This document shows positions 35,890 through 49,463 of a DNA stretch of 64,000 bases, piece by piece. This stretch comes from Octopus sinensis (Eukaryota), in contig NC_043006.1 in assembly GCF_006345805.1 (NCBI RefSeq), forward strand, positions 93,806,001 through 93,870,000, read 5' to 3'. The notes under the pieces are model-generated. The model searched no databases. It worked only from the letters and a program-made list of their open reading frames with translations, and had not been told where the DNA came from. Position 1 is the stretch's first letter. The number at the start of each line of letters is the position of its first letter. The position numbers and the translations under genes were made by a program.

Positions 35890-38450
35890 GGACCGTGGGT
35901 GTGTGGATGATGGTGTGTGGTGAGGGTGCTGGGAAGGGGTCAGTGCTAGTGTGTGTGTGGAGTGGTGTGGGGTGGTATGATGTGGTGTGGTGGTGTGTGG
36001 CGGGGTGTTCTGTGGTGTGGTGTGGTGTAGCGGTGTGAGTGTGTGTGGATGTGAGGATGGGGTGTGGTGTGGGGTGAGGATGTGTGGTGGGGTGAGAGTG
36101 TGGGGATGAAGGTGTGGGGGTAGGAGCGGGGTATGTGGGAGAGGGGGTGTAGGGTGAGTTATAGATGGAGGGGGTATTAATGAAGAGAAAAGGTAGGTAT
36201 GAGTGAAGAGAAGAAGTAGGTGTCAGATGAAGAGAGGAGAGGAGGGGAGTCAGATGAAGAGGGAAGGGGAGTCGAGCCCATGTGGCGCAAAGGAGCAAAG
36301 AGACAATTAATTCCTGTTCACGGCGAAGACGGAAGTCCGGATAGCTCCTGTGCAAAGACAGTCCGAACACAGACAGGTGTTGTAATGAATAACAGGTAGA
36401 GCGGAAATGGCGTGAGACCGGGATGTCATTACCGAGTCTAATGTTTCGGAAGTGCTCCGCGAACCGGTCAGCCAAGCGGCAACCCGTCTGAACGAAGTAC
36501 AGAGAAGGGCAGAAAGAGCTGGAGATGCAATTAACGACGTTGCTAGAAATGCAGGTAAAGGAGTCAGTGATATGATAGGGATGATGATGGGTGCCTGTGA
36601 GGATGGTGGTGCTGGAGAGGTAGGGGCAAGTGCGGCAGCGTGGGCAGGTTGAGAAGTGGGGTTAGGGAAGAAACTGTGGACCAGGTCACGTAGGTTGTGG
36701 GCTCGTTTGAAGGAGGGAAGAGGTAGGTTGGGAAAGATGTGCAAATTGGGGGGGGGGTCAGACTGGAGACGCCGGAAGGCTCGGAGAATGGTGCGTTGGT
36801 GGGGCAGGGTAAAGGGGTGGTAGATGAAGGGAAAAAGGAGACGGGCAGCGATCGGGTGGGTGCGGGGAGAGAGAGCAGAGACAAGGTCCACAAGGTTCAC
36901 GTGGATAGTGATTAGCAGATATCCACAAGAATGAAGTGGCGAGTCATGAGTTGAGACTGAGTCTCAAAGTCATGGTTATCATTGCAGAGCCTGCACAGAC
37001 GGAGGAATTGGGAATAGGGAATGGAGAGCTTGGTGTGATGGGGCAGGTGGAGGAGAAGTTGAGGTATGAATGTGAGTCGGGGTGTTCGTAGTGGATGAAG
37101 GTAGTGAGAGCGGAGTTATGTTGAGAAAAGCGACGGAAGTGTCGGAAATAGTGCAGGAGAATTCCAGAGCTGGATGGAAGGATTGGACAAAAGAAATGAA
37201 GGAGTCTAGTTATTCGCGGGAGAGTGAGGTCGCACCGATACAGTCATCAATATAACGACCGTATAGTTCGGAAGTGGGACCAGTGAATCTTGAAAATATT
37301 TGGTCCTCAATGTAACCAACGAACAGGTTTGCATAGTTGGGGCCCATTCTCGTTCCCATGGCCACCTCCGTAATAGTTAGTAAAAAATCCCCCGCGAACG
37401 AGAAGCAGTTGAATGAGAGAACAAATGGCCAGAAGATTAAGTGTGGACATGTCAGGTTGAGGGTTGGGTCGAAGGTCTAGGAAGTGTTTGAGGGCAAGAA
37501 GTCCTTCGTTGTGTGGGATCACTGTATATAGACTCTTGATATCAAGAGTGAAGAGAAGTTTGGAGGAGCCAGGAGGGAAGGAGAAAGAGTCGTAAAGATA
37601 GAGAGCATGGTTAGTGTCGTGGATGTGGGAGGGGAAGCCACTTGGAGGCAAGAACATGGTCGAGATATTTTGAGATCAATTCCGTGGAACAGTTACAGGT
37701 GGAGACGATGGGGCGGCCAGAGTTGTTGGGTTTGTGGATTTGGGGAAGGAAGTAAATGGTGGGATGCGGAGTGCGGACAATGAGGTTGAAGGCGGTAGGA
37801 GGAGGAGATGAGGTCATGTATAGTGGAGGGCACAGTCTATTGGTAGCTATGCGTGGAGTTGGAAGGCAGAAGGCAATAGAAGGAGGTGTCTTGAAGCTGG
37901 CGGAGAGCTTCAGCCTTGTAGAGGTCTGCGCGTCACACCACCATGACTCCACCCTTGTCGGCCGGTTTTATGATGATGTCTTTGCGGCGTCGGAGACATC
38001 AAAGGACCGAGAGTTCGGCCGAGGAGATGTTGAGATGTCGGGGACTCCTGCATAAGTTAAACTGGTCCACAACACGTTGGCAGATGCTTTCGGAATGATC
38101 AACTGCTTGAAACTGGCAAGGAGCTGGCGTCCCGTGGAATGGTCGGCGGCCCAGGTCGGTGTAGCGAACTTCTTCATTAGATGCAGGTGGAGTGTTGTGG
38201 AATAGTGCATGTAGTCTGACACGGCACACAAAGCAATGAATATCAGCTCGGGTCTGAAATTCGTTACTGGATGGGGTGAGCGGGGTGAAGTGCAGACCCC
38301 CAAATGAGAAGAGAGCGCTCCGCCTCAGAGAGGAGAAGACTAAAGTGGAGAGGGATGGATGAGTTAGACGTGGAAGGGGTGGTTGGGTGGTGAAAAGCTG
38401 GAAGGAGAGAGAGGAGTAAGTACGTGGGTGTATTGGAGTAACGGAAGGGT
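35890..38450 (-). mobile_element. Near full-length, frameshifted Penelope-like element (Neptune-like): RT plus GIY-YIG
   Basis: FLPQIHKPNNSGRPIVS, LDIKSLYTVIPH, MGTRMGP.YANLF, YGRYIDD, MADRFAEHFRNIR..PVSRHF. Confidence 0.9.
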
Positions 38451-38459
38451 TGGGAGATA

Positions 38460-39689
38460 TTGGGGTGGCAACTAAGTTCCCACCGTTTTTTTTAATTTTG
38501 GAATTTATCGTGTTTTTAAATTTTGAAATCTATTTTTTTCGAGAATTCTATTTTTGAATCATTTTGGAATTTTTTTTTCTAGTTAATTTTACTTAATTTT
38601 TGTTTATTTTCAGATCATTAAAATGGAATGTCAAGTTAAGAAAAACGAGCATTTTCGACACCTCCTTCTTTTTGCTTTTAATCAAGGTTCTAAGGCCGCA
38701 AAAGCTGCTCGCGACATTTGTGAGTTGTATGGAAAGGGTGCCATAGCTGAAAGAACCGCTCTTGATTGGTATGCCAAGTTCAAAAATGGAAATTTTGACT
38801 TCAAAGCCGCACCTCTTTCTGGCCGTCCAGTTGAGTTCGATGAAGAGCAATTAAACCAACTTTTGCACGAAAATTCTCGTCAAACAACAAGGAAACTGGT
38901 AGAGAAAATGGAATGCTCCCACAGTGCTATAAAGAAGCATCTTCACTTGATAGGAAAGGTTCAGAAGTATGGAGCATGGGTTCCGCATGGTTTAAGTGAT
39001 AACAACAAAATCAGTGAGCCACAATCTCCGCTAGTTTGCTTGCTCGTCACTGCTCAACTCATGGACACAAGCAACGATTTCTATACCAAATCGTTACTGG
39101 CGACGAAAAATTGGGCCTGTACATCAATATGAAGCAGCGCAAGGAATGGCTTTGCCCCGGTAAACAAGCGACGCCGAGCGTGAAACAAGATCTTCGCCCG
39201 CGTAAAAAGATGTTGTGCGTATGGTGGGACTGGGAAGGGATTATCCATTAGGAATTACTTGAACGGAACCAAACGGTCAACGCGGAACTCTATGTTCAAC
39301 AGATGGAGCGACTCAACATGGCTATATCATGGAGTTCTTCTGCTGCACGACAACGTCCACCCTCATATCGCCAATATGACCAAGGAAGCCATTCAAACGC
39401 ATGGCTGGAAAGTGCTGCCACACTCGCTGTACTCTCCTGATTTGGTACCAACGAATTACCGCCTCTTTCAACTTCATTCAAACGCTATGCGCGGAATTTC
39501 ATTCAATAATGATTGAGAGCATGGTTATATCAATTTTTTGAGTCGAAATCGGGTGATTTCTACCAACGAGGTATTGAAAATCTTGTTGAACGTGGAAAGA
39601 ACAAGGCGAATACATTATTGATTAATTAGTTGTTATTTTCTATTAAACCTTTCAAAAAGTTTAAATTTTAAAAAACCGCGGGAGCTTAG
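38460..39689 (+). mobile_element. Mariner (DD34D-type) transposon, pseudogenised
   Basis: ORF from 38623 (MECQVKKNEHFRHLLLFAFNQG), WVPHGL, IVTGDEK, HDNVHPH, YSPDLVPTN; left TIR after TA, partial right TIR. Confidence 0.9.
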
Positions 39690-39814
39690 AGAGATAGATA
39701 GTGAGAGATAGAGAGAGAGACAAAGGAGAGAGAGGCAGGCAGGCAGGCAGGTATGAGGGAGGGAGAGAGGGAGGAAAAGTTGAAAATGAATACAAAAATG
39801 TGGAAAATGAGAGG

Positions 39815-39930
39815 GAGGAAAAGAAAGAAAGGAAGGAAGGAAGGAAGGAAGGAAGGAAGGAAGGAAGGAAGGAAAGAAGGAAGGAAGGAAGGAAGGAAAG
39901 AAGGAAGGGAGAAGGAAAGAAAGAAAGAAA
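39815..39930 (+). repeat. (GGAA)n tetranucleotide repeat
   Basis: Direct reading. Confidence 0.9.
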
Positions 39931-41154
39931 ATGTTTCGGGAAAAGAAAACGGAGAGTAAAATTACAGAAAGCAACAGCAACAAGAACAACACCAGCAACA
40001 ACTTCAGCAACTGTGTCACTAACAGCAATAGCAACAACAAAACTACAAAACAACAAGGTGGCCGGAGAGGTACATTACATCATAAGTTGATTGATCTGCT
40101 CGATATAGATGCCAAAACTCTCTTAAATCCCATCTCATGGTGTGCTTTTTCTTTAAGCAATAAAAAATTTGATAATATGCTCTGTATACAGATATCGGGG
40201 TGGGTTGAGTTGGGGTGGAATGTCTTTGAGTATTGGTCAGCTCAATCAGAGTTGACCTGGGGTTAAACAACGACAAGGAAATAAACAGATAAAATGGGTC
40301 ACAATAGTAGTTTTACCAACAACAACAGCAGCAAGTTGACGTACTGCGAGAAATAGTAACTAAATCTACCTCAAATCTTATTCTAGCGTCTCAAATGATA
40401 ATGGAGTCGGGGTGGGAGACAGTATGCATTAGAAAAGGGGAAAGCTCCCACTCGAAATGCTTTTCACTGTAGGATTTTTTTATCAAGTTCTGGATGGGGC
40501 GAATCAAGAACTAAAACAAGTGCGTGGCTGCGGGGTTAAGAAGTTGGCTTTCCACCCATGAGGCCTTGGGTTCAGTCCCACCGCGCGCGGCATCTTGTGA
40601 GTGGATTAGGCAGACGGAAACTGAAAGAAGCCCGTCGTTAATGTATGTTTGTGTGTGTTTGCATGTGTATATGTATGAGTGTTTGTCTCCATTACCTGCT
40701 TGACAACCGGCACTGGTTTGTTTACGTCCCTGTACCTTGGCAGTTCGGCAAAATAGACGTTAGAATAAGTACCAGAATTTAAGAATAAAAATATGTACTG
40801 AGTGTATTTGTTTGACTACACCCTTCCAGGATGTGCTCCAGCATGGCCACAATCAATGACTGAAACATGGAAAAGATAAAAGGTAAACAAAAATATTCGC
40901 AACAAAGTATATAGCAACAGCAACAACAGTTTGCAACGGCAATGATAAAAACTGGCCCTCCGTCGGTGTCGGCGATGAGTGTTCCAGTTGATCCGATCAA
41001 TGGAGCAGCCCCTCGTGAAAGTAACGTTTAACTCTTTTGATACCAACACACCTGAAAACGCTTCTGGCTCTGTAGTACAAATGTCTTGTTTTCAAAAGTT
41101 CTGATTTAAAATCTTCCACCAAACCTGAGTCACAATTTATGTTCCTAACACTAC

Positions 41155-41361
41155 TCTTTTACTCTTTTACTTGTTTCAGTCATTTGACTGCGGCCATGCT
41201 GAAGCACCGCCTTTTGTCGACCCCGGGACTTATTCTTTGTCAGCCCAGTACTTATTCTATCGGTCTCTTTTGCCGAACTGCTAAGGGACGGGGACGTAAA
41301 CACACCAGCATGGTTGTCAAGCAATGCAATGCTAGGGGGACAAACACACACACAAACATAT

Positions 41362-41429
<68 letters not shown>

Positions 41430-41603
41430 ACATATATACGACAGGCTTCTTTCAGTTTCCGTCTACCAAATCCACTCACAAGGCATTGGTCGGCCCGGGG
41501 CTATAGCAGAAGACACTTGCTCAAGATGCCACGCAGTGGGACTGAACCCGGAACCATGTGGTTGGCAAGCAAGCTACTTACCACACAGCCACTCCTGCGC
41601 CTA
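41155..41603 (-). mobile_element. tRNA-derived SINE, family B (full length)
   Basis: Family match; an oppositely oriented copy lies at about 40520-40870. Confidence 0.85.
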
Positions 41604-42279
41604 TAGTTAATGATAACAAAAATATTTTACTGAGCATCTCCACAGAAATATAGTAACAAAAGTGGCTGAGTACTCCACAGACACCCCTACCATTAATGTA
41701 GTTCTTAGGGAGATTCTGCATGATACAAGATGCAACAAGGCCGGCCCTTTTCTATTACAGGTGCAACCCTATTTTATGCTAGGTGAGTGAACTGGAACAA
41801 CGTGAAATAAAGTGTTTTTCTTTTAGGCCACAACGCGCTGCCAGGAATTGAACTCGCGACCTTATGACCGTAAACCAAATACCTTAACCCCTAAGACAGA
41901 TGCCTTCACAGCAATGACTATAACGGCAGCAGGCCGATGATCGACAAAAGACAGCAACCTAATCTTGAAATCTCACCCTTCCCTTCATAGAAAAAAGCAG
42001 CACATATTGTGGTGGACAGAATACCTACTGAAAATCAACCGACACTAAATCAAGATTCCATGAATACTATCTGTATGGAAAAAATGTGTCACTCAAGAAA
42101 GACTTCAGTTTAAACAATTTTCCTGATACATTACTTACATTTGACGGATATTTGTCCTCATCTTGTTCCTAACGTTGTTGTTATTATTCAGGTCACTGCC
42201 TGGAATCGAACTCGGAATATTGGGGTTAATAGCCCGTGGGCAATTATGAAGTGAATTTTAGCGCTTATAAATCTAATAT

Positions 42280-42510
42280 TTTCCTATCCTTCGTAAATAT
42301 CGCTTCCCATATGCTGTTCATATCTGCACTCGGTCTGCTTAGGAGGTTGTTGTGTCCTAGCATATGTGCGGCTTCTTTTAGTTTTCGTATTTTCCAGTGG
42401 TGTTCTCTGTCTATTATTTTAACTTCATCCTACAGGGGGAGGTGGTCTCCATTTTTCCATACATGATCAGCTATACCCGATTTATCAATATCTCCTCGTG
42501 TAACAACAAA
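42280..42510 (-). mobile_element. Penelope-like GIY-YIG C-terminal fragment
   Basis: KSGIADHVWKNGDHLPL*DEVKIIDREHHWKIRKLKEAAHMLG. Confidence 0.75.
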
Positions 42511-42719
42511 CAAGACGATGACAAATATCCGTCACATGTAAATAATTTAAATAACGTACATAATTCCTCATCTCTTAAATATAGAACTAAATTTTCCTGA
42601 TGTTTCGCATTTAGTTGTTTTTATTAAATTCATTCAGTTGTTGAACAGAAATAAATCCTGGAATTGAATGGTTTTGATTTACTGTCAGGTGACTTTTGGC
42701 CAACCCTGTATTCTTTTAT

Positions 42720-43100
42720 CCTTTATTCTTTTATTTGTTTCAGTCATTTGACTGCGGCCATGCTGGAACACCACCTTTGGTCGAATAAATCGACCCCAGA
42801 ACTTATTCTTTGTAAACCTGGTACTTATTCTATCGGTCTTTTCTGCTGCTCCGCTAAGTTACGGGGACGGAAACACACCAACATCGGTTGTCAAGCGATG
42901 TTGGGGGACAAATACAGACACAAAAAACAAACACACACACACACAAATATATACATATATGTGTATATATACGACAGACTTCTTTCAGTTTCCATCTACC
43001 AAATCCACTCACAAGGCTTTGGTCGACCCTAAGCTATAGTAGAAGGCACTTGCCCAAGGTGCTACGCAGTGGGACTGAACCCAGAACCGTGTGGTTGGGA
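42720..43100 (-). mobile_element. tRNA-derived SINE, family B
   Basis: Family match. Confidence 0.85.
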
Positions 43101-43964
43101 AGTAAGCTTCTTACTACATAGCCTTTACTTACTTTTTAAAATTCTTTTTTACAGTATTTGCGGGGGTGGGGTTGTATATTATTTCCTTCGCACAAAAGAT
43201 AAATAAATAAATAAATTTTAATTTAAAAAAAAAGGCAACGCGGAATGGCCACAACTGAAGTATCTTTGATTAAATGTCTGTTCGTACAAACTACGACTCG
43301 GGGCGGAGCAACAACCACAAATACTACAAAACAAACAACAATGAAAGACAATAGCAAACAATGAAAACGCTTATGAGGGCGCAACGCTGATTAGATCTCA
43401 TAAGAGGTCATACAATATGGTTAATTTCTCGTTTGAAAGGTGGTGATGGTAGGGAGGGAGTTTAAACAGTGTGGAAGGACATTCAGGTGCCGAGTTCGTA
43501 TTACACTTTCGTCAGGATATCCGCGTAATTTGGCACCAGCCAAGCAATAGAGGTGTCGAATATTTTAGTTGTAGAGAAAGAAACAAAGAAAGTGGAAAGA
43601 AAAGGCTTTGTTAGCATAAAGAAGGGAGGAAACAATAAAGCGAAATCCTGTTCGATTTATAACCAATCAGTTTCGAATAAAAAAGAATCACGTGTCCCTG
43701 CATGATATTCACAACAGCATCACTGACAACAATAATAATCCTTTCCACTAAGGGCACAAGGCATGAAATTTTGGGAGAGGGGCTTAGTCAATTGCATCGA
43801 CTTCATTGGCCTTATTTCATTGAAGGGGATGAAAAGCAAAGTTGAGCTCAGCGGAATTTGAACTCAGAGCACAAAGACAGACGAAAGTATTTTGTCTGGC
43901 GTGTCTACTATTCTGCCAGATCACCGTCCTCAATGACAACCACAACAGCAACAATAACAATCCA

Positions 43965-44395
43965 TTTTTTATTGGCCACAAGGGCTGCAGACAAAAACAA
44001 AGGATGTTCTACATATAGTACATGTAGAGAGTAAAAAAATAACAATTAACAATAAAAAATTGAATAATAAAATTCTCCGAACAAATCTGGCATATGAAAA
44101 TAAAGCACGAAGGGCAGACCATCGAACCCCGGAGACTTCAACCTTGTGCAGCTAGTCATCGCATCCCAATGTCTTCAGCTGTTATCGGAATTTCGCAGAA
44201 CTCCGCGTCCTTGGCTGAATGGCGTGACATGCCGCCGAAGCTGGAGGTGAAATCCTGACCCATCTCTGACTCATTGCTCCGCAGATATCTGCTTGGATTT
44301 GTGTAGCATGCGCCTGTCCTAACCCGTCAAACACCGAACAACGTTGCCCTTCGGCCACCCGAACCCATCGAACCGCTTCCAATCCCTCGTGTCTT
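43965..44395 (-). mobile_element. Tx1/L1-like fragment: pre-RT KSPGxDGLP region joined to a Tx1-like 3' tail
   Basis: ITAEDI..AMTSCTRLKSPGFDGLP after a frameshift; ends in CAGCCCTTGTGGCCAATAAAAAA. Confidence 0.55.
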
Positions 44396-45379
44396 ACATA
44401 TATATACGACGGGCTTCCTCACAGTTTCCGTCTACCAGAACTATAATAGAAAACACATACCCAGAGTGCTGAGCAGTGGGACTGAATGCGAAACCAAGCG
44501 GTTGCAAAGCGAGTTTATGAATGTTTATTTTTATGACAAGTTTATAGAGATAAAATTAATTTAGCGCCAAGCAAAAAGGTTAATGGATAGAATATATATT
44601 GACAAGGTAGAAGTCACTCCAAAGTTCTCCTTTTGAAAATTAATATACATGTGTGTGTGTATTAATATGTGTGAGAGTGAATGAGTGTGAGAGCGTGTAT
44701 ACACAGAGACATGTGTACACACACACATATGTATATATATGTGTGTGTATGTATATATATATGTGTGTGTATAAGCAACCCCCAGATAAAATGAAACATC
44801 ATTGCTAAACCCAAAAATGTAGAGAACGGGGTACCAAATGAGAAAAACTAAATATCATACAGTCAACAGATTTCATCCTAATTATTAGGGATGAAATCTT
44901 CTCTCCCAGCATACACAAGCAATATTTCACACTCAAACATCTCAAAGAGGAACCCTACCTGCGCTGCTAATCCCTCCAGAATAGCCCCGTGAATGCATAG
45001 CACACGAACTCTATATTCCCCCTGGATGAACTACTTCAGTACATAAGCATACAAACACCGCATACACCCAGAGGATAATTCAAACAAATTTACCATATAA
45101 CTGTTTGACCAAAAGTCAAATCCAAAGGAAATAACCACTCAGGTGTCAGCCAAGGAGCGCCCACTTGTTTCATTGTTTTCTCCACAAGAATCTCCGCAAA
45201 TTCAACGAGACTTTTTGTGTTTTCCGAAATAGAGACAAGCACTATTCCTCCATGTTATCGGCTTCAAAAATCATTAAGATACAAAGCTATTTTCCTGTTT
45301 TTCTTAACGGTAGCTTTAATTCACAAATAAAGAAATTTTATCCACCAATGCGGTGTTGAGCACTCATTTTCTTCTTTCG

Positions 45380-45548
45380 ACATCTACCTATATATATATA
45401 GGGAGAGTTTACGAAAAAAACAAAAGACGAAGACAGGTGGTGTACAAAACAAACAGATGTATTAGTATAACGCTCAGGAATAGAAAGTCTTTTACGTTTC
45501 GAGCCTACGCTCTTCTACAGAAAGGGAAACAGGAAAAACAAGGAGCTA

Positions 45549-45550
<2 letters not shown>
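45380..45550 (-). mobile_element. PLE-derived short repeat, second family, with hammerhead-like motif (45489-45524)
   Basis: CUUU-CUGUAGA-A-GAGC guag GCUC-GAAA-CGUA-AAAG. Confidence 0.6.
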
Positions 45551-45591
<41 letters not shown>

Positions 45592-45720
45592 ATATATATA
45601 TATATATATATATATATTCTTTCAATAATAATAAATGGTAAAATTAATTAATTAATAATTATTAATGTTACCAAGTAGTTCGGTATGTTAAAATAACCTT
45701 TATCGGTAACCTTATACAAA

Positions 45721-46145
45721 AAATTCTATAATCATAAGCATAATTATAATTAGGGTTCAGCAAATTGCTTCACCACATACCGAAATTTAGAAATAGCAGT
45801 TAAATGCTATTCCTCTACCATAAAATATCTCCCAGACAGCAATATTCCTAATTCACGCAGGTAATTATTAGTAGTCTCAAATTTACAATTGAAATACTAC
45901 ACTGAAGATGAAAATAAGTGAGTAAAAATTAAAATTATACATCTCTTTAATCCAGAAACGCGTATGTGGTTGACCAAAGCCGGGTGAATTGGTTATTTTT
46001 TCTCTTTACCTGCATGAATTAAGAGTATTGCTGTCTGGGAGATATTTTATGGTAGAGGAGTAGTATTTAACTGCTATTTCTAAATTTCGGTATGTGGTGA
46101 AGCAATTTGCTGAACCCTAATTATAATTATGCTTATAATTATAGA

Positions 46146-46149
<4 letters not shown>
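45721..46149. mobile_element. Foldback/MITE-like element with ~143-bp inverted arms
   Basis: 45721-45863 versus 46006-46149. Confidence 0.85.
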
Positions 46150-46182
<33 letters not shown>

Positions 46183-46328
46183 GTATTGGTATCTAGAAAA
46201 CCCAAAGAGTGGCAGGTAATGCTAAGTAAGTGCAATGGATAGACCGTAGTTGAACTCTTGCTTCGATAGTTGTACGAGTCTAATGTGGGTCTTGTATTAG
46301 TATGCATATATGTATATATGTATATATG

Positions 46329-46485
<157 letters not shown>

Positions 46486-46500
46486 TATATATATATATAT

Positions 46501-46807
46501 AATTAGTGAATGGAAGAAATGGAGTTGAACGAAGATTGTACAGAATTCCTTTTATTACATTCTACACATGTTTCAAAGGCCACAATTTTCCAAATTCTGA
46601 TTAAATAAGGATACCATATTGCAGCTTTCTCTTCAGGAAAAACCAGGAATTACGTTGTCAGAACAAAACAAAACAGAGGCGCAGCAAAGCAATTCGAACG
46701 AGGACGCTCCTTAAGAGCCCATGGTTAAACTTTGAAACATGTGTAGAATGTAATAAAAGGAATTCTGTACAATCTTCGTTCAACTCCATTTCTTCCATTC
46801 ACTAATT
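46501..46807. mobile_element. Foldback with identical 78-bp arms in (TA)n, containing a hammerhead-like core
   Basis: 46501-46578 is the exact reverse complement of 46730-46807. Confidence 0.85.
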
Positions 46808-46957
46808 ATATTAAACCTCAATTATCCGCACCAACGCACGGTTGCAACACCATATGGTCTTATCTCCAACCGTGTTTTTTTCTGCTGTGATTTTTGCTAC
46901 CCAGGTATCGGTTAAACTTTTGAATAATCTGTAACAAGAAAATTCATCTTTCCCTTT

Positions 46958-47043
<86 letters not shown>

Positions 47044-47989
47044 TACAGACAAGATAGTAAATTTCGGACACAGTGTAGCTGTGAAAACAAGATCGAACCT
47101 CGTACCTTTCAGATACCGACTTCAGTACTCTGTATCATATATCAGAAATTTCAACTACTCCTACTTCATGGTCAAATGCATACAAATCTCAATGTATTTC
47201 GATATATGTTGCCCTACAACTATTGATCTATTCAGCAGAGACGGGGAAGAATGAATTCGTTGCGGAGTGGAGCGTATCATGTATCGCTTTCTCAAACGGA
47301 AAGATGCTACAAGTTTGAGTTACATCGCCACTAGTATTGTTATATACGATATCTATGTAAATATAGATGTAAATATACGTGTAGGGGGGGACGTGTATGT
47401 GTGTCCGTGTGTGTTGCTTTCACTAAACAGAAAATAGGTGTCAGGGCACTGATGTAAAAAAATAGAGGTATGAACAGCTGCACGAGAAATCTCCAGCTCA
47501 AATCAAAACACTGTTTGTAGGGTTGAATTACATAATAGTTAGAATTATCATGTATACGCGCGTATATATATATATATATGTGTGAATATATATACATATA
47601 TATATATAGAGGGAGAGAGAGAGAGAGTTAGTTAATTAGTTTGTTTGTCAGTTAGATAGATAGATAGATAAATACATACATACATACATACATACATACA
47701 TACATACATAGAGACATGCATACATATGCATATTTATGTGTATGTGTGTGTACATACATTTACATATTTATGCACACACATACATACACACAAACATATA
47801 TATGTCGGTTGAATAAAGTTAAAACATGGTCTGATTTTCATGTTTTATTATGGTATTTTAACATTAAATAAATATTTTGTAATGTTTATAAAGTTCAGTT
47901 AGCGCTTTCATACGTTCGTATTAATCGTGAAATTTCAAAATGTATTTAACTGGCAGTTGAGTTCTTGACAATTTTAGTCCCTCTTAGAG

Positions 47990-48598
47990 TCGAAATCCAG
48001 CAATTTCTATGGCTTACGCAAAATACATAGGTCAAAGGAAATACAAAACGCTATAATGGAACAGGAAAAATGTAGTGAATACACAAAACTACTACAATCA
48101 AAAGACCGTAAACTAAACCCTTTAAAGCTGGTCCAGTCTGTCCTACAAATCGTCTGAGCAACCTCCTTGACATTATTCTAAAACCACTATGTAGTCACAT
48201 ACCCAGCTTCATTCATCAATGACATCAATTTCCTATCACATCTGCCAAAAACAATAGAATCCAGTTCACTGTTAGTGCTGATGTAACAAACTTATATATG
48301 AACGTTCCACATGATTTGGTAATTACTGCCATAAAATATTGTATCGAGAAACATAGAGAAGCGATCTCCAGTAGATTTACTGTAACCTTCATACTAGACG
48401 CGGTCAGTCTCATCCTCGAAAACAATGCATGCCTTTTCAATGGAAAAAAAACTACCTCGAAATTCGTGGCACAGCTATAAGGACGCGATTTGCTCCAGTT
48501 TTTGCGAACTCAGTATTAGAATACTTAGAACAAACCTATATAAAAGAAAATTGAAGAGAACTACGGCATAGAGGAGATATGGAAAAGATACCTAAGCG
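47990..48598 (+). mobile_element. Penelope-like RT fragment
   Basis: AGPVCPTNRLSNLLDIILKPL, DVTNLYMNVPHDL, LILENN, GTAIRTRFAP. Confidence 0.8.
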
Positions 48599-48798
48599 AG
48601 CAGGCCAACAGAAGAAAGAGTGAGAGAAAGTTGTGGCGAAAGAGTACAGCAGGGATCGCCACCACCCCCTGTCGGAGCCTCGTGGAGCTTTTTAGATGTT
48701 TTCGCTCAATAAACACTCACAACGCCCGGTCTGGGAATCGAAACCGCGATACTACGACCGCGAATCCACTGCCCTAACCACCAGGCCATTGCGCCTCC
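48598..48798 (-). mobile_element. SINE family C head with a different 3' segment
   Basis: Head matches 23353/27080; the distal part matches the repeat at about 63170-63290. Confidence 0.7.
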
Positions 48799-49135
48799 AC
48801 ATATGATATATATATGTATATATATATTTTTTTCGATTCGATTTATTATTATTTTTATTACTAGTATTGTTGTTATACATACATACATACATACATACAA
48901 GCATATGTAATGATAATAATAAGTGGATGTAAACACATGAACAAAATAAGAATAAACAAAAACAACAAAAACCTATTTCGTCTGTCTTGGCGTTATGAGT
49001 TCTAATTCTGCCGAGGTCGACTTCGTCTTTTATTTTTCGGGATCAATAAAATAAGTACCAGATGAATACTGGAGTAGATGTACTCAATCCCTGTACTTAT
49101 TCCCTCCTCCGAACTTATGCCAAAATACAAAACCA

Positions 49136-49170
<35 letters not shown>

Positions 49171-49212
49171 TACATACATACACGGATATACAAACACAGG
49201 CATTCATACATA

Positions 49213-49447
49213 TTTATTTCTTTATTGCCCACAAGGGGCTAAACACAGAGATGACAAACAAAGAGAAACAAAGTGATTAAGTCGATTACATCGACCCCCG
49301 TTCGTAACTGGTACTTTCTTTATCGACCCCGAAAGGATGAAAGGCAAATTTGACCTCGGCGGAATTTGAACTCAGAAACGTAACGGCAGACGAAATGCCG
49401 ATAAGCATTCTGCCCAGCGCGCTAACGTTTCTGTCAGCTCGCCGCCT
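49213..49447 (-). mobile_element. SINE family A (full length, Tx1-like tail)
   Basis: GGCGGCGAGCTG head, Meta-like core, tail TTTGTCATCTCTGTGTTTAGCCCCTTGTGGGCAATAAAGAAAT. Confidence 0.85.
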
Positions 49448-49463
49448 TACATATTCTTTGACT

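Noticed and set aside
44868-44899. 32-bp near-palindrome AGATTTCATCCTAAT..ATTAGGGATGAAATCT
   Set aside because: Isolated and short; no associated feature or second copy seen
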